In this document: positions 52,740 to 64,000 of the stretch, piece by piece
How the letters are laid out: each line of letters opens with the position of its first letter
Position numbering within the stretch: the stretch's first letter is position 1
Assembly (NCBI GenBank): GCA_951406725.2
Contig: OX597823.1
Coordinates: 13,454,001-13,518,000, forward strand
Direction of reading: 5' to 3'
Length of the DNA stretch: 64,000 bases
DNA from: Octopus vulgaris
Taxonomy: Eukaryota
Position numbers and translations under genes: made by a program
Notes under the pieces: generated by a model
The model's input: the letters and a program-made list of their open reading frames with translations, nothing else
Database searches by the model: none
What the model was told of the DNA's origin: nothing

Positions 52740-53384
52740 ACAAGAACTGTATAATGAGAGCCGTCGGAAGGATAACCGCGAGGACAAAGAAATAGGAACT
52801 CACGGTATGGCAGAAGCAATAGGCAGTGAAAACCTCCATAAAATATAAACATATCAGACTTCATATAATGATTTATTAGGAAAAGAGAAACTGTGTTTAG
52901 TTGTAAAAATCACCTGCGCGGCGGATGTTAACATAAAGCTAAAGATCAGCGAAAAGTGAATATCTATGCTGAACTACTGAGAAACCTGCAGTTACTCTAT
53001 TTAATTTGCAAGTTCAGGTATTTATATGTAATAACTGAGGCACTGAGTTATGTAACACACTGCCTAAATACTAATCATGAGAAAACAGGCTTCTCAAAAG
53101 CAGAAAGGAGAAAGTTGATTCGAAGACTACAAATTCAAACCATCAGTGAAACTGTAAAATTCTGTGAAACTTTCAAAAGTTAATTATTTAAGTATATATG
53201 AACATGTATAGGCATGCAACTGTAAACGTGAAAATACATACATAAAGCAAAACATGCAAATATGTACGTATACATACATGCATGTCCAGTTGATGTTGAC
53301 ATTCCAGCATAGGAGACCTGAATCTAGGTTAGAAACTGGCTTTTTCTCTACTACCATCAAATCTTGAAATAAAACTGAATAATG

Positions 53385-53390
<6 letters not shown>
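52740..53390 (+). mobile_element. RLE-LINE family 2 3' fragment
   Basis: KHIRLHIMI..EKLCLVVKITCAADVNIKLKISEK.NIYAELL resembles a degraded RLE domain; 3'UTR shared with other copies. Confidence 0.65.
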
Positions 53391-53415
<25 letters not shown>

Positions 53416-54244
53416 ACGTACGTTCTCAAATAACCTTTGCATTTGATTTTTTGATGTCCTTACCCCCAAACTTTTGTGAGTTGAGTCAAGCAAGCACTAT
53501 ATGAGAGAGATTTTCTTTAAGTATTAGAAATAGTTTTAAAAAGTTTTTTAGCTGCTATTTCTAATGAGTTCAGTATGCGGCAAAGTAATTTATTTTACTA
53601 AGCCCTTTTATATAATGTAATAATTTGAATTCGCCTTAAATGGTCCCTTTGCATACTGAACACTTGGTGAAATTGATTAATAATTAATTAATTTTACCCT
53701 CAATTGTTGAAATCATATATATATATATATATATATATGTATATTTAGATATACATACATACATATATATATATGTATATTTATATATACATACATACAT
53801 GCACACATACATAGATACAGACATATAAGATATTTCAGAATGTATTCAGATATCCAGATATTAGGTAGTTCCAAAGAAAACACGTTCCAATCAGTGGCTA
53901 ATAGAATATAAACGTGGAACTCAGAGAGATCATAATCATGAGATCTTCAGCCATGACTTGTTAACGAATATTGAACATTTGCGTACCGACTTTTGTGATG
54001 TCACGATCCACGTCCAATCAACATAAATGTACATGTAGATGCATACATACATACATACATACACACACACATACATACATACATACATACATACATACAT
54101 ACATACATACATACATACATACGTACGTACGTACGTACGTACATACATACATACATACATACATACATACATACATACATACGTACGTACGTGCGTACAT
54201 ACATACATACATACATACATACATACATACATACATACATACGT

Positions 54245-55160
54245 ACATACTGCCTAAATACCAATCTTGAGAAATTAAGCTTCTCAAAACGAGAAAGGAG
54301 AAACCTAATTCGAAGACTAGAGATCCAATCCATCACCGGAACTGTAAAAATCTGTAAAATTTTCCAGAAGTTTATCATTTAACTATATATGAGCATGTCT
54401 AGATATGCAGCTATACGCATGAGAATACATACATAAAGCACATATATACATACATTCATACATACATACATGGTGGCTGCCCCCTCGTTATCGAGTATGG
54501 CCATTGCACGAAGCTTAATCAATGTTGTTACCGTGCAATGCCTGTGCAAGAAGATTTTTTTAAAGTGAGGAAAGGCTGTGCACTGAGTCAATCCCACTCA
54601 CTAAGCAACAGCAGCCATAATCCGAAAAGAAGAACAAGTCAACATCATCGGTAACCACTGAGCCGCAGGTTTTATGTTGGATTTATCCCAGTTACTTGAG
54701 TTACCTTCTCCTAGAAGGATGCCCTAACAAAGGCTAGGAGTCCTTCACTCCCAATGGTTTAACCGCGCGATCGGGTATTCAGTCCGATTATTTCTATGTC
54801 CCCGCGCATGATACAGCCTTAAGACATTTATTTGAAGGTTGTTGACTCACAAGAGTTCCTCTGCCCTTTGACGGGCATTGTTGTTCATCCCGCAGGGTGT
54901 CTAATAAACACCCTCCTCATCAAGCAAGCTTGGTGGGGTTGCCGGTTTAGTCGCCGACGACCCGACATACATACATACATACATACATACATACATACAT
55001 ACATACATACATACATACATACATACTTACTTACATACATACATACAAAAAATACCCAGTTGTTGATGTTGAAATTCCAATGAAGGAACCTTGTATCGAG
55101 GTTAGAAACCGGTTCTTTCTCTATTGGCCAGAAATCTTGAAATAAACTGAATAATGACAT
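54245..55160 (+). mobile_element. RLE-LINE family 2 3' end interrupted by bipartite RTE element
   Basis: 54245-54460 and 55050-55160 are colinear with 53058-53390. Confidence 0.75.
54470..54966 (-). mobile_element. Bipartite RTE derivative, second copy (5'-truncated by ~55 bp)
   Basis: Reverse complement of 1455-1946. Confidence 0.9.
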
Positions 55161-55775
55161 ACATGCGTATGTACATATACACACGTACACGCACTCACAG
55201 ACACACAAGTGTAAATATATTTCACTCGCATTTAGTTTTTATCAGTTAATATTTCAACCGGAGGTGAGACGTCTGTGTCGCTAAATATGGAAAACTACTA
55301 GAAATTAATATGTCTGTACGTCTGTTATTTATGTATTTACACATTGATGTACAATCTATATTGTTAAACATTAAATATATTATCAAACTTTATATGATAT
55401 TTTGTTAAATGTCACGTAATTATATATCTTATTGTTTCCCAGTAAATGAAGTTGACGATAATCTATGTGTTCATGTGTGTGCGCGTGTGTTTGTGTGTAT
55501 ATGAGTGTAAATGTACACGCACACATACACAGATATGCGTATATATATGTATGTACGTATATATGTATGTATATCTCTAAATGCACACATAATTCAATAG
55601 CTCTATTGTCTGCAATTATTTAGGTTATTTGCATCTTTCAAATACTTACTGTCTTCACTGTATTTTGAGAAAGTTGAAAAAGAAATACCCACACACAAAC
55701 ACAAACACACAAATACACATTTATACACACAATAATGAATAAATACATATATAAATATATATATATGTATATACG

Positions 55776-55823
<48 letters not shown>

Positions 55824-56025
55824 TGTGTGTGTGTGTGTGTGTGTGTCAGTGTGTGTGTGTGTGTGTGTGCATATATATATATATGCACACATAATCACAT
55901 TAATAGCTTAGGAGTGAAATTTAGGATTTCTCGGTTTTCTGAAAACCGATTTTGATAAAAACCTTTCCCAGCTAGATTACACATTATGTAACACTACAGT
56001 TGTTTTCATTATTCTTTTATTCTAA

Positions 56026-56258
56026 GGCGGCGAGCTAGCAGAAACGTTAGCACGCCGGGCGAAATACTTGGCGGTATTTCGTCTGCCGCTACGTTCTGAG
56101 TACAAATTCCACCGAGGTCGACTTTGCCTTTCATCCATTCGGGGGCGATAAATTAAGCACCAGTTACGCACTGGGCTCGAGATAATCGACTTAATCCGTT
56201 TGTCTGTCCGTGTTTGACCTCTCTGTGTTTAGCCCCTTGTCGGAAATAAAGAAATAGA
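56026..56258 (+). mobile_element. SINE family B
   Basis: Full length. Confidence 0.9.
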
Positions 56259-56446
56259 AATAGGTATATCGCCTGTCTCCTACGTTCTGATTTCAAATTC
56301 CGCCGAGGTCGCCTTTGTCATTCGTTCTATTGGCATCGAGAAATTAAGTACGAGTTACGTACTGGGGTAGACGTAATTGACTTTTCTCTCTTCCCCAAAA
56401 TTTCGAACCTTGTGCCAAGAGTACCGAAGATTATTATGTGTGACGT

Positions 56447-57672
56447 ACTTCCTTTTTTTATCTCAGGTTTTGGGTGACCCACACTAATAGCGTGTCTCCT
56501 CTCTGAGAACAATGGGACGTGGAAAAGGCCATCACAATGAAGAAAAATCTGTCATCATCAAGGAAAGTGCTAAAGGCACCTCCCTTCATGTGATTGTGGA
56601 GAAGGTAGGTCGTCATGTGAGCACGGTAAGACGATTCCTGAAGGACCGTTCACCAAGGAAGAAACGATCCGATTGTGGGACATCCAGGACTGTGGCAGCT
56701 AGGGATTTAAGGAATATTGGCTGCAAGTTACGTAAGAAATCTGGACAAACAAGCAAAGTAATTTTCGAGTCTCCAGACTTCTTCATGTACCGAAAACCAT
56801 GAAAAATCGCATACTCGAACCATCGCTTCTCCTCAAACTGCCTCCTTTAACGCCCCATCACAGGAGTTTCTGGCTTCAATAAGCCCCAGAATGCCTCACG
56901 TTTGACATGAGTTGTGTTCTGCTCACTGACGAAACCACGGTGACCCTTGACGGACCTAACGGTTGAGAAGATGAGTGGGTCTATTTTGGAGATGAGCGTC
57001 GCCAACGGTTACGACATCAGCAACAGGGTGGAGTAGCTATGTTGTGGGCTGGTATCATTGAGGACAGACTTGTTGGCCCATTCAGGGTGTCTAAAGATGT
57101 TAAGGTGACCACAGCCACCTACTCCAATCTCCTGAAGGAGGTCTTGGATCCCTGGCTAGATAACATACCGCTGTCATTTCTAAAGAATCTCTTATTCATG
57201 CACGGCAACGCTCTCTCTCACCCTACTAGGATCACCCAAACACTACTAGGGTCCTACGACATACAAGGTGTGGCTGCCGGCTTCTCTGGATCTCAACCCT
57301 ATCGAAAATATTTGGTCCATCATTGAACAAAATGTTCGTCAATTTACGTCGAAAGATGTCCTATGGGCGACCATTAAAGCTGCAGCAGAGGCAGTACAGC
57401 CTGCTACTATTAAGAAATTGTCAGATTCCATGTGTAATAGTGTTTTTAAATTATCCGTCGAAATGGCGCTCATGTGGCTAAATAATTCATTATGTCAATA
57501 AATGTTATAATATCATTATGGTTTTCTGTTAAATATATACTCAATGTATATATCATTACTCTTACTTTTCTGAAAGAAAAATCTGTAGATGGGTTATATT
57601 CATTCAAAAGCTATTAGCACGGTTCACCCAAAAATTGAAGAATCTGAAATAATAAAAAAAGAAAGGACGGTA
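56447..57672 (+). mobile_element. Defective Tc1-like transposon (probably DD37E/TRT type)
   Basis: HTH ORF 56512-56802; LTDETTVTLDGPNG, MLWAGI, FMHGNALSH, WLPASLDLNPIENIW; imperfect TIRs ttttgggtgacccacactaatagc / gctattagcacggttcacccaaaa. Confidence 0.88.
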
Positions 57673-57717
57673 CAAAACATAACAAGGGTGTTGCCATAGC
57701 GCGTATTGTGTATTATG

Positions 57718-57806
57718 TGCTCAACCACTTGCACGTAAATTTTACGAAGAGGCTGTTCCGTTGTTCGGATCAACTGGGACCCTCGTCGCCGTAACCGACG
57801 GAGTGA
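57718..57806 (+). mobile_element. SINE family C 3' fragment
   Basis: ggctgttccgttg..ccctcgtcgccgtaaccgacggagtg. Confidence 0.75.
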
Positions 57807-58464
57807 CACGACGATATATAATGTACTGTTCCGTGACAGAAATTTCAACTGAACAAATACTCGATCCGGTGAGAGATATTTATTTAAAGGACAGACTACC
57901 TGTCTTTATGTGCTACTAATAGTTTCATATGCTGGGAAATATCTCAAACATAATCATCAGACAGAAACCATATATCATAACGAGCTACTATTGTGTTCTT
58001 GTATGTATATAGAGAGAGATATAGATATACGAAAGTATGAGAATACACTTTTTGAAGTGTAAAGATGTTTTGTTTTCAGTTATTTTTTAAATGTTATGAA
58101 GCCATTTATGAGGATGTTACTAATCTTTTTTCCGAAGATTTTTTCTAGTATGTGAGCGCTTTCGGTTAGCCTTTTTCAAACACACTTGCTTTTGTATGTG
58201 TGTGTTTGTGTGTATATGTGTCTGTGTCTGTATCTGTGTCTGTGTGTATGCAAGAGCATACATATATATGTATGTATTTATGTCTGTAGTTAAGTATGTA
58301 TAAATATATGTAGGAATACACGTATGTTTCTGTGCGAATGCATGTATTTGTGTATTTGGAAGGACACATTTTATTTTCACTTAAGAAATGTATTGAAAAG
58401 ACTGTTCAAGTATTGTCTTTGTCATAAATTTTTAATACTGTTCTATATTTTAGAGATGAGGAAT

Positions 58465-58590
58465 TCTGTACATTATTTACATTATTTACATTGGACGGTT
58501 ATGTGTCCTCATTTTGTTTGTTGTTACCACAACGTTTCGGCTGATTTACTCTTCAGCCCTCATCAGGTGAATAATGTAAATAATGTATAA
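58465..58590 (-). mobile_element. H1 3' fragment with intact hammerhead motif (58528-58569) and inverted tail copy
   Basis: cac-CTGATGA-g-GGCTGA/TCAGCC-GAAAC-GTT-gtg; aataatgtaaataatgta inverted at 58570-58588. Confidence 0.7.
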
Positions 58591-58725
58591 TTTTTTACTA
58601 TTTTCATATAAGCTCCTTGCTTCCTCTTTGGTACTTTAGAGAAACCTAAATCAGTCATCAATGTTTCTTATACTTCATAGTCACATTGACACGCTGTTGT
58701 GATGTCGGGGTTTATTACTAAGTAA

Positions 58726-58957
58726 GGCAGCGAGCTGGCAGAAACGTTAGCACGCCGGGCGAAATGCTTAGCAGTATTTCATCTGCCACTACATTCTGAG
58801 TTCAAATTCCGCCGAGGTCGACTTTGCATTTCATCCTTTCGGGGTCGATTAATTAAGTACCAGTTACGCACTGGGGTCGATATAATCGACTTAATCCGTT
58901 TGTCTGTCCTTGTTTGTATTCTCTGTGTTTAGCCCCTTGTGGGTAGTAAATAAATAG
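58726..58957 (+). mobile_element. SINE family B
   Basis: TSD ggggtttattactaagt/ggggtttataactaagt. Confidence 0.92.
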
Positions 58958-59324
58958 GGGTTTATAACTAAGTGTTTACAGTAATCAGGGTCAATATGAT
59001 GGATCTTTTCAGATTGGCCGCTAATTTTCAATCGTTTCAAATCCTACTCGAACTGTTTCATTATTTGATGTAATGATATGGTTTTATATGCTAATCACTG
59101 CTTTGAAATTCATTTTCGTATTAAATCATCAAATACAAAATTATTAGCGTTTAAAATTTGAAAACTTTGGGTAATTTTGTGTAATTTTGGGTAATTCTGG
59201 GAAAAGTGAAATCCCTGCTGACATTGCAGAGCAGTCATATAAAGCAGACTAGCACATTAGCACATGGTCTTACTTACTTATTTTTGCATCTGGCGATTAG
59301 TTATTAATTATAAAAATGAATATG

Positions 59325-59560
59325 CGAGGTCGCACGGCCTCATTGTTAATGAAATCGAGGGTTCGATTCTCGGACATGGCGGTGCGTTGTGTTCTTGAGA
59401 AAAGCACACCTCACGTTGCTCTGGGACAACTTCGATATCTGACGTGTAACACACCATGCACTCGTGCAGACAATGTTGATTTGATGGAGGGAGTGAGCTC
59501 GAACACTTGATCACTATAAACAAATCTTCTGTGCAGGTTGTTTAGTAAGAATTTGCCCAA
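59325..59560 (+). mobile_element. Old tRNA-derived SINE (different family)
   Basis: B box gggttcgattctc followed by gttgtgttcttgag. Confidence 0.45.
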
Positions 59561-59643
59561 CTTTGTCTTCCTCAGGCACTAGAAAGAAACATTAAATGAA
59601 AATAAGTAATTGATGCTCAACGCAGCGTGAATAAGAATAATTG

Positions 59644-59681
<38 letters not shown>

Positions 59682-59683
<2 letters not shown>

Positions 59684-59866
59684 TCTTTTACTCTTTTACT
59701 TGTTTCAGTCATTTGACTGCGGTCATGCTGGAGCACCGCCTTTAATCGAGCAACTCGACCCCAGGACTTATTCTTTTGTAAGCCCAGTACTTATTCTATC
59801 GGTCTCTTTTGCCGAACCGCTAAGTTACGGGGCCGTAAACACACCAGCATCGGTTGTCAAGCAAAT

Positions 59867-59919
<53 letters not shown>

Positions 59920-60081
59920 TACGACAGGCTTCTTTTAGTTTCCGTCTACCAAATCCACTCACAAGGCATTGGTCGGCCCGGGGCTATAGCAGAAGACACT
60001 TGCCCAAGATGCCACGCAGTGGGCTGAACCCGGAACCATGTGGTTGGTTAGCAAACTACTTACCACACAGCCACTCCTGCG

Positions 60082-60084
<3 letters not shown>
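59682..60084 (-). mobile_element. SINE family A
   Basis: Full length within (TA)n. Confidence 0.9.
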
Positions 60085-60136
<52 letters not shown>

Positions 60137-61210
60137 CAGGTCTAGCAGTGGTTGAAATAAGAATATGAACACATTCTTCCCATATTACTGATGTGTAGAA
60201 ATAAAAGAGAGAGAGAGTCTCTTGATAGACAGATTCAAGTTTTGTTGACTGCTCCGCAGAGAAGAGGTGTTTGACTTCCTGCCGCAGTCAGTTATAGAGA
60301 TCATTTGCTTATGAAGCAAACATAAAGCAGGCTAGCACATTAGTGGATAGAATAATTTACATATTTGTAAAATACCAACCACGTGGCCAGCAATTAGGCG
60401 AGGAAGAGAGTAGTCGCTTATATTGACCCCAGTAACTGGTTGGTTGCAAAAGAATGAAAGGTTAAGTTAACCACAGTAATATTTGAACTCCGAAGTGAGG
60501 AACCGTAACTACACAACTCTAGGAATTTTGTCGAACGTTCTAAGGATTCTACCGAATTTGCTATCAGTAGCAGCGAATACTCTCTTGAATTACATATTAA
60601 ACGAACAGACTTTAAATATGGTAGAAATATTAGAAATATTATCTCTGAAATATGAATGAGATGGTCACGGTTTGATCGTCTCTGATCATATGTCTTTTCA
60701 ATCAGAATGGATATGGGTCTAAATAACAACAGACGGTGAGAGTATTGTTAGACGAAATTAATAAATTGTCGCAGTAACGGGAGAAGTGATAAAGAGAAGA
60801 TGCCGATCAATAGAGTGAATGTGAGTGTCGAGTGACAAGCTGTAAATGGTGGCCTATCAGAGGAAAATATTCTCCTTATGTAAAGTGTGTAGGTGTATGT
60901 GTATTTGTGCGTATGAGTGTGTATGTGTGTGCGTGTGCGAGATATTTTCACTCTGATATATGAGTAGCGCTTTAATTGTGATTCTATCTGATCTTTATAC
61001 AGGATCAGTAGCTGTTAAAGACTGAAGCAGTTTCTGGTTCTGAATTGGAAATTCAGCCACTGTGATATACGATAACGGCCATAAAGGCAATACTAGTATC
61101 AGATAAATGAATTGATATACATGCATACATTGTGTGTGCATAGATATGTGTATGTAAGCATGAATATGAAAGTACATAGACATATACACAAAGCCGCACG
61201 CATATGTGTG

Positions 61211-61246
<36 letters not shown>

Positions 61247-61354
61247 TGTGTGTATGTGTAGTTTTATATGCTTACGTACACATATATAACGTTTATGCGT
61301 GTAGGTGGGTATATATATAAGTGTGTATTTGTGCATATATATATGTTTATATAT

Positions 61355-61411
<57 letters not shown>

Positions 61412-61453
61412 CTGTGTGTATGTTTGTATATCTGTCTGTATATATATATATAT

Positions 61454-61530
<77 letters not shown>

Positions 61531-62087
61531 AATAGAGAGATAGATAGAGAGATTTATTTGTTTGTGTGTGTATATATGTGTATATATGTATTCATATGCA
61601 TATATATATATACATATATATATATATGTGTGTGTGTGTGTTTGTGTGTGTAAAGGTATATATAGGTGTATGTCTGTGTATATATGGGTATATGTACAAA
61701 GGAGTGAAGGTAAGGAAGAGGGAGATAAAGAAAGAAAATGGCTGACGAGGAACAGTGATAGAAACATCAAACAAAATAGGAATGAGATATGTGAATGATT
61801 ATTGAAATGAGAGGAAAGAGAGTGAGAGATATATGAAGAGATAAACGGTAGTAAAGAGAAGAGTAACCGTCTTACAATGATTTCCATTAATTAGTTATCT
61901 CCCTTAGATTCAGGTTTAGGCTTATTTCCATTTTTCGTAAACTTTAAATACATTTCAATTGCTGAAAGAATTTCGAGCTCATCATTTAAGGTTTCTGAAT
62001 ATGAGTCTTGTGTTGGAAATAATAACAATGATATACTGCATGATAAATCTCAGAGCGAGTTATAAACAGTAGCAGCAACACATCGTG

Positions 62088-62223
62088 ACGTATATTTGCC
62101 ATTTGAATGATAGGGCATAGAAAGTGTGTCTATAGCCAGCTGGAGGAGGTGTCCTCTTGGGGCTACAAACTACCGTAGCATCCACCCTTAGGGGTTAGCC
62201 ATATTCAAATGGCAAATATACGT
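62088..62223. mobile_element. MITE-like element with perfect 21-bp TIRs
   Basis: acgtatatttgccatttgaat ... attcaaatggcaaatatacgt. Confidence 0.65.
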
Positions 62224-62560
62224 AATGATATAATCTTTATTAATAAAACAATTAGCAGTGACGCACACTTGGTAATTTTATCGATAAACAGATATGGTAC
62301 GTTAGTTGAGAAATTCTTGTATTCAATCCTATACAATATAGCTTTAATAAGTATCATAGCCACCAATCAACCAAAGTCTTGGAACGGGAATTCAAATGAC
62401 TAAACATTTCTTGTTCTTCTGTAATAAGCTTAATTCCTCGTTCAGTTTGTTACCAGTGCTTTTAACGAAGTGCACTCTATTGAAAGAATTGAGGATACGT
62501 TTCTGATGTTAGGACACCCTTCTTCTTACACTTTACTATTTTTGTTCACCTTGAAACTGT

Positions 62561-62727
62561 CAAGAACAACGAATTGAGAAAGTGGGTGAGCACATCGAAA
62601 GTATCCCTGGAGGTGATTCTTTCGGTTTGCCTTTCGTTCGTTTGAAATTGATAGAAATAAAGTATCAGTCAAATACTGATTCAATTTCATCGACTAAACA
62701 ACACCTATCACCAAAACCACAGAAAAA
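62561..62727. repeat. Direct duplicate of 63466-63657
   Basis: aagaacaacgaattgagaaag..caaaaccacagaaaaat in both; second copy carries ~22 extra bp. Confidence 0.85.
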
Positions 62728-63092
62728 TCTATTATATAAAATCCGTTCTGTTTGTCTCTGTGTGTGTTTTCTAGGATCTCGGGCATCCTCCATCGGATTA
62801 CGCTCAAATTTGATATGTAGATACCGACGGCATCAGGGTGTGTATAAGTCTTCAAAAAAGTACAAAAATCGATTCCAGGTGAGAATGCGATCGATAAAGC
62901 CGTGGGAACGTGCATTTGTAGGTGCAAGTATATCAGTCGAAATCCGTCTTTTTGCTGGTGTCTCAAATTTAGGTTCAATCAGTGTTTATCAAAGGGAGGG
63001 CCTATGGGACGGTCGGACAAGTTGTTTCGAGAAAATTTGGTTTAAATGTTTGATAACTCAGCACCGTCCATTGGAGGTGGGGCGTTTTGCTC
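62728..63092 (+). mobile_element. Non-autonomous Helitron-like element
   Basis: Starts A|TC; homolog of 4781-5144. Confidence 0.7.
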
Positions 63093-64000
63093 GCAATACA
63101 TGTATATGATGTCACTTTGCTGTAGTTCAAAATTCGATATTTCGTGACCATGTTAGTGATCCCCCTTATTATTGCTAAGAAAGGTGGTGGATTTGTAGAA
63201 AATTTGTTGAAGAAAGTCACCTTGAGGTATTTAATTTCACATTTTTTACTATTAGCTTTGACATCATCTTTTTCTATCGTCCTTTTACATTTGATACAGT
63301 AAAATACCAGTCAAGTTCAGGAGGTAATTTCGTTGAGTAATTGTTCAAATTTCATCCTTTCGGGTTGATAAATTAAGTACCAGTTGCGTACCGGGATCGA
63401 TCTAATCGACTGCCCCCACTCCCCAAAATGTTGATGGCCATATGCTTAATTTCGAAACAGTTATTAAGAACAACGAATTGAGAAAGAGGGTGAGCACATC
63501 GAAAGTATCCCTGGAGGTGTTTCTTTCGGTTTGCCAAGTATGTGAGCTCAAATCTTGCCTTTCGTTCGTTTGAAGTTGATAGAACTAAAGTATCAGTCAA
63601 ATACCGATTCAATTTCATTGACTAAACAACACCTATCATCAAAACCACAGAAAAATCCTGCCCTTGTACCCGTATTAGAAGCAATTATTATGATGAGTAG
63701 AGAATTACCAGAATCGGTGCAGCAGATGATAAAATTACTTGCTGCAAGTATATCTTTGTTCGTTTCTGGTTTGAGTTCACAGTGAAAGTCGATGACGTAT
63801 TTAACGGTTAAGTACAGGCTCCGAGTTAACATACTCTGCATTCCCCAGATATTGGTGGCCTTGTATCTTTTGTCAGAAAGTATATTAAAAGAGAAGTAAG
63901 ATATAAAGCAAAAGAAAGCAACTGGCAACGCGGAAGACTGGTTTGGCTTGGGAAAGTTAGAGGGAGAAGATGAAAGAAAGAGAGAGATGGATGAATAATT

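Overview
Gene-poor, AT-rich animal genomic DNA, most likely octopus or another coleoid cephalopod (inferred from the extreme (TA)n/(CATA)n/(TAA)n/(GATA)n density and the SINE/LINE complement; not verified). I could not support any host protein-coding gene; nearly all listed ORFs are microsatellite read-through or transposon remnants. The window holds at least three abundant tRNA-headed SINE families, RTE LINE copies (one family with three C-terminal C2H2 fingers) plus a non-autonomous RTE derivative, several R4/Dong-type RLE-endonuclease LINEs in (TAA)n or (CATA)n, L1/Tx1-like fragments, mariner and Tc1-like relics, non-autonomous Helitrons, a MITE and a 100-N gap. Two features stand out. (1) About a dozen minimal type-I hammerhead-ribozyme motifs from at least 5 short repeat families with Penelope-like inverted architecture, including one element that joins a tRNA-derived Pol III head to a hammerhead-bearing tail (candidate Penelope-mobilised SINE, 11903-13290). 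(2) 37460-42350 is a deletion-riddled inverted copy of 29400-35390, probably a fold-back assembly artefact. Coordinates were read by eye, so boundaries are approximate.
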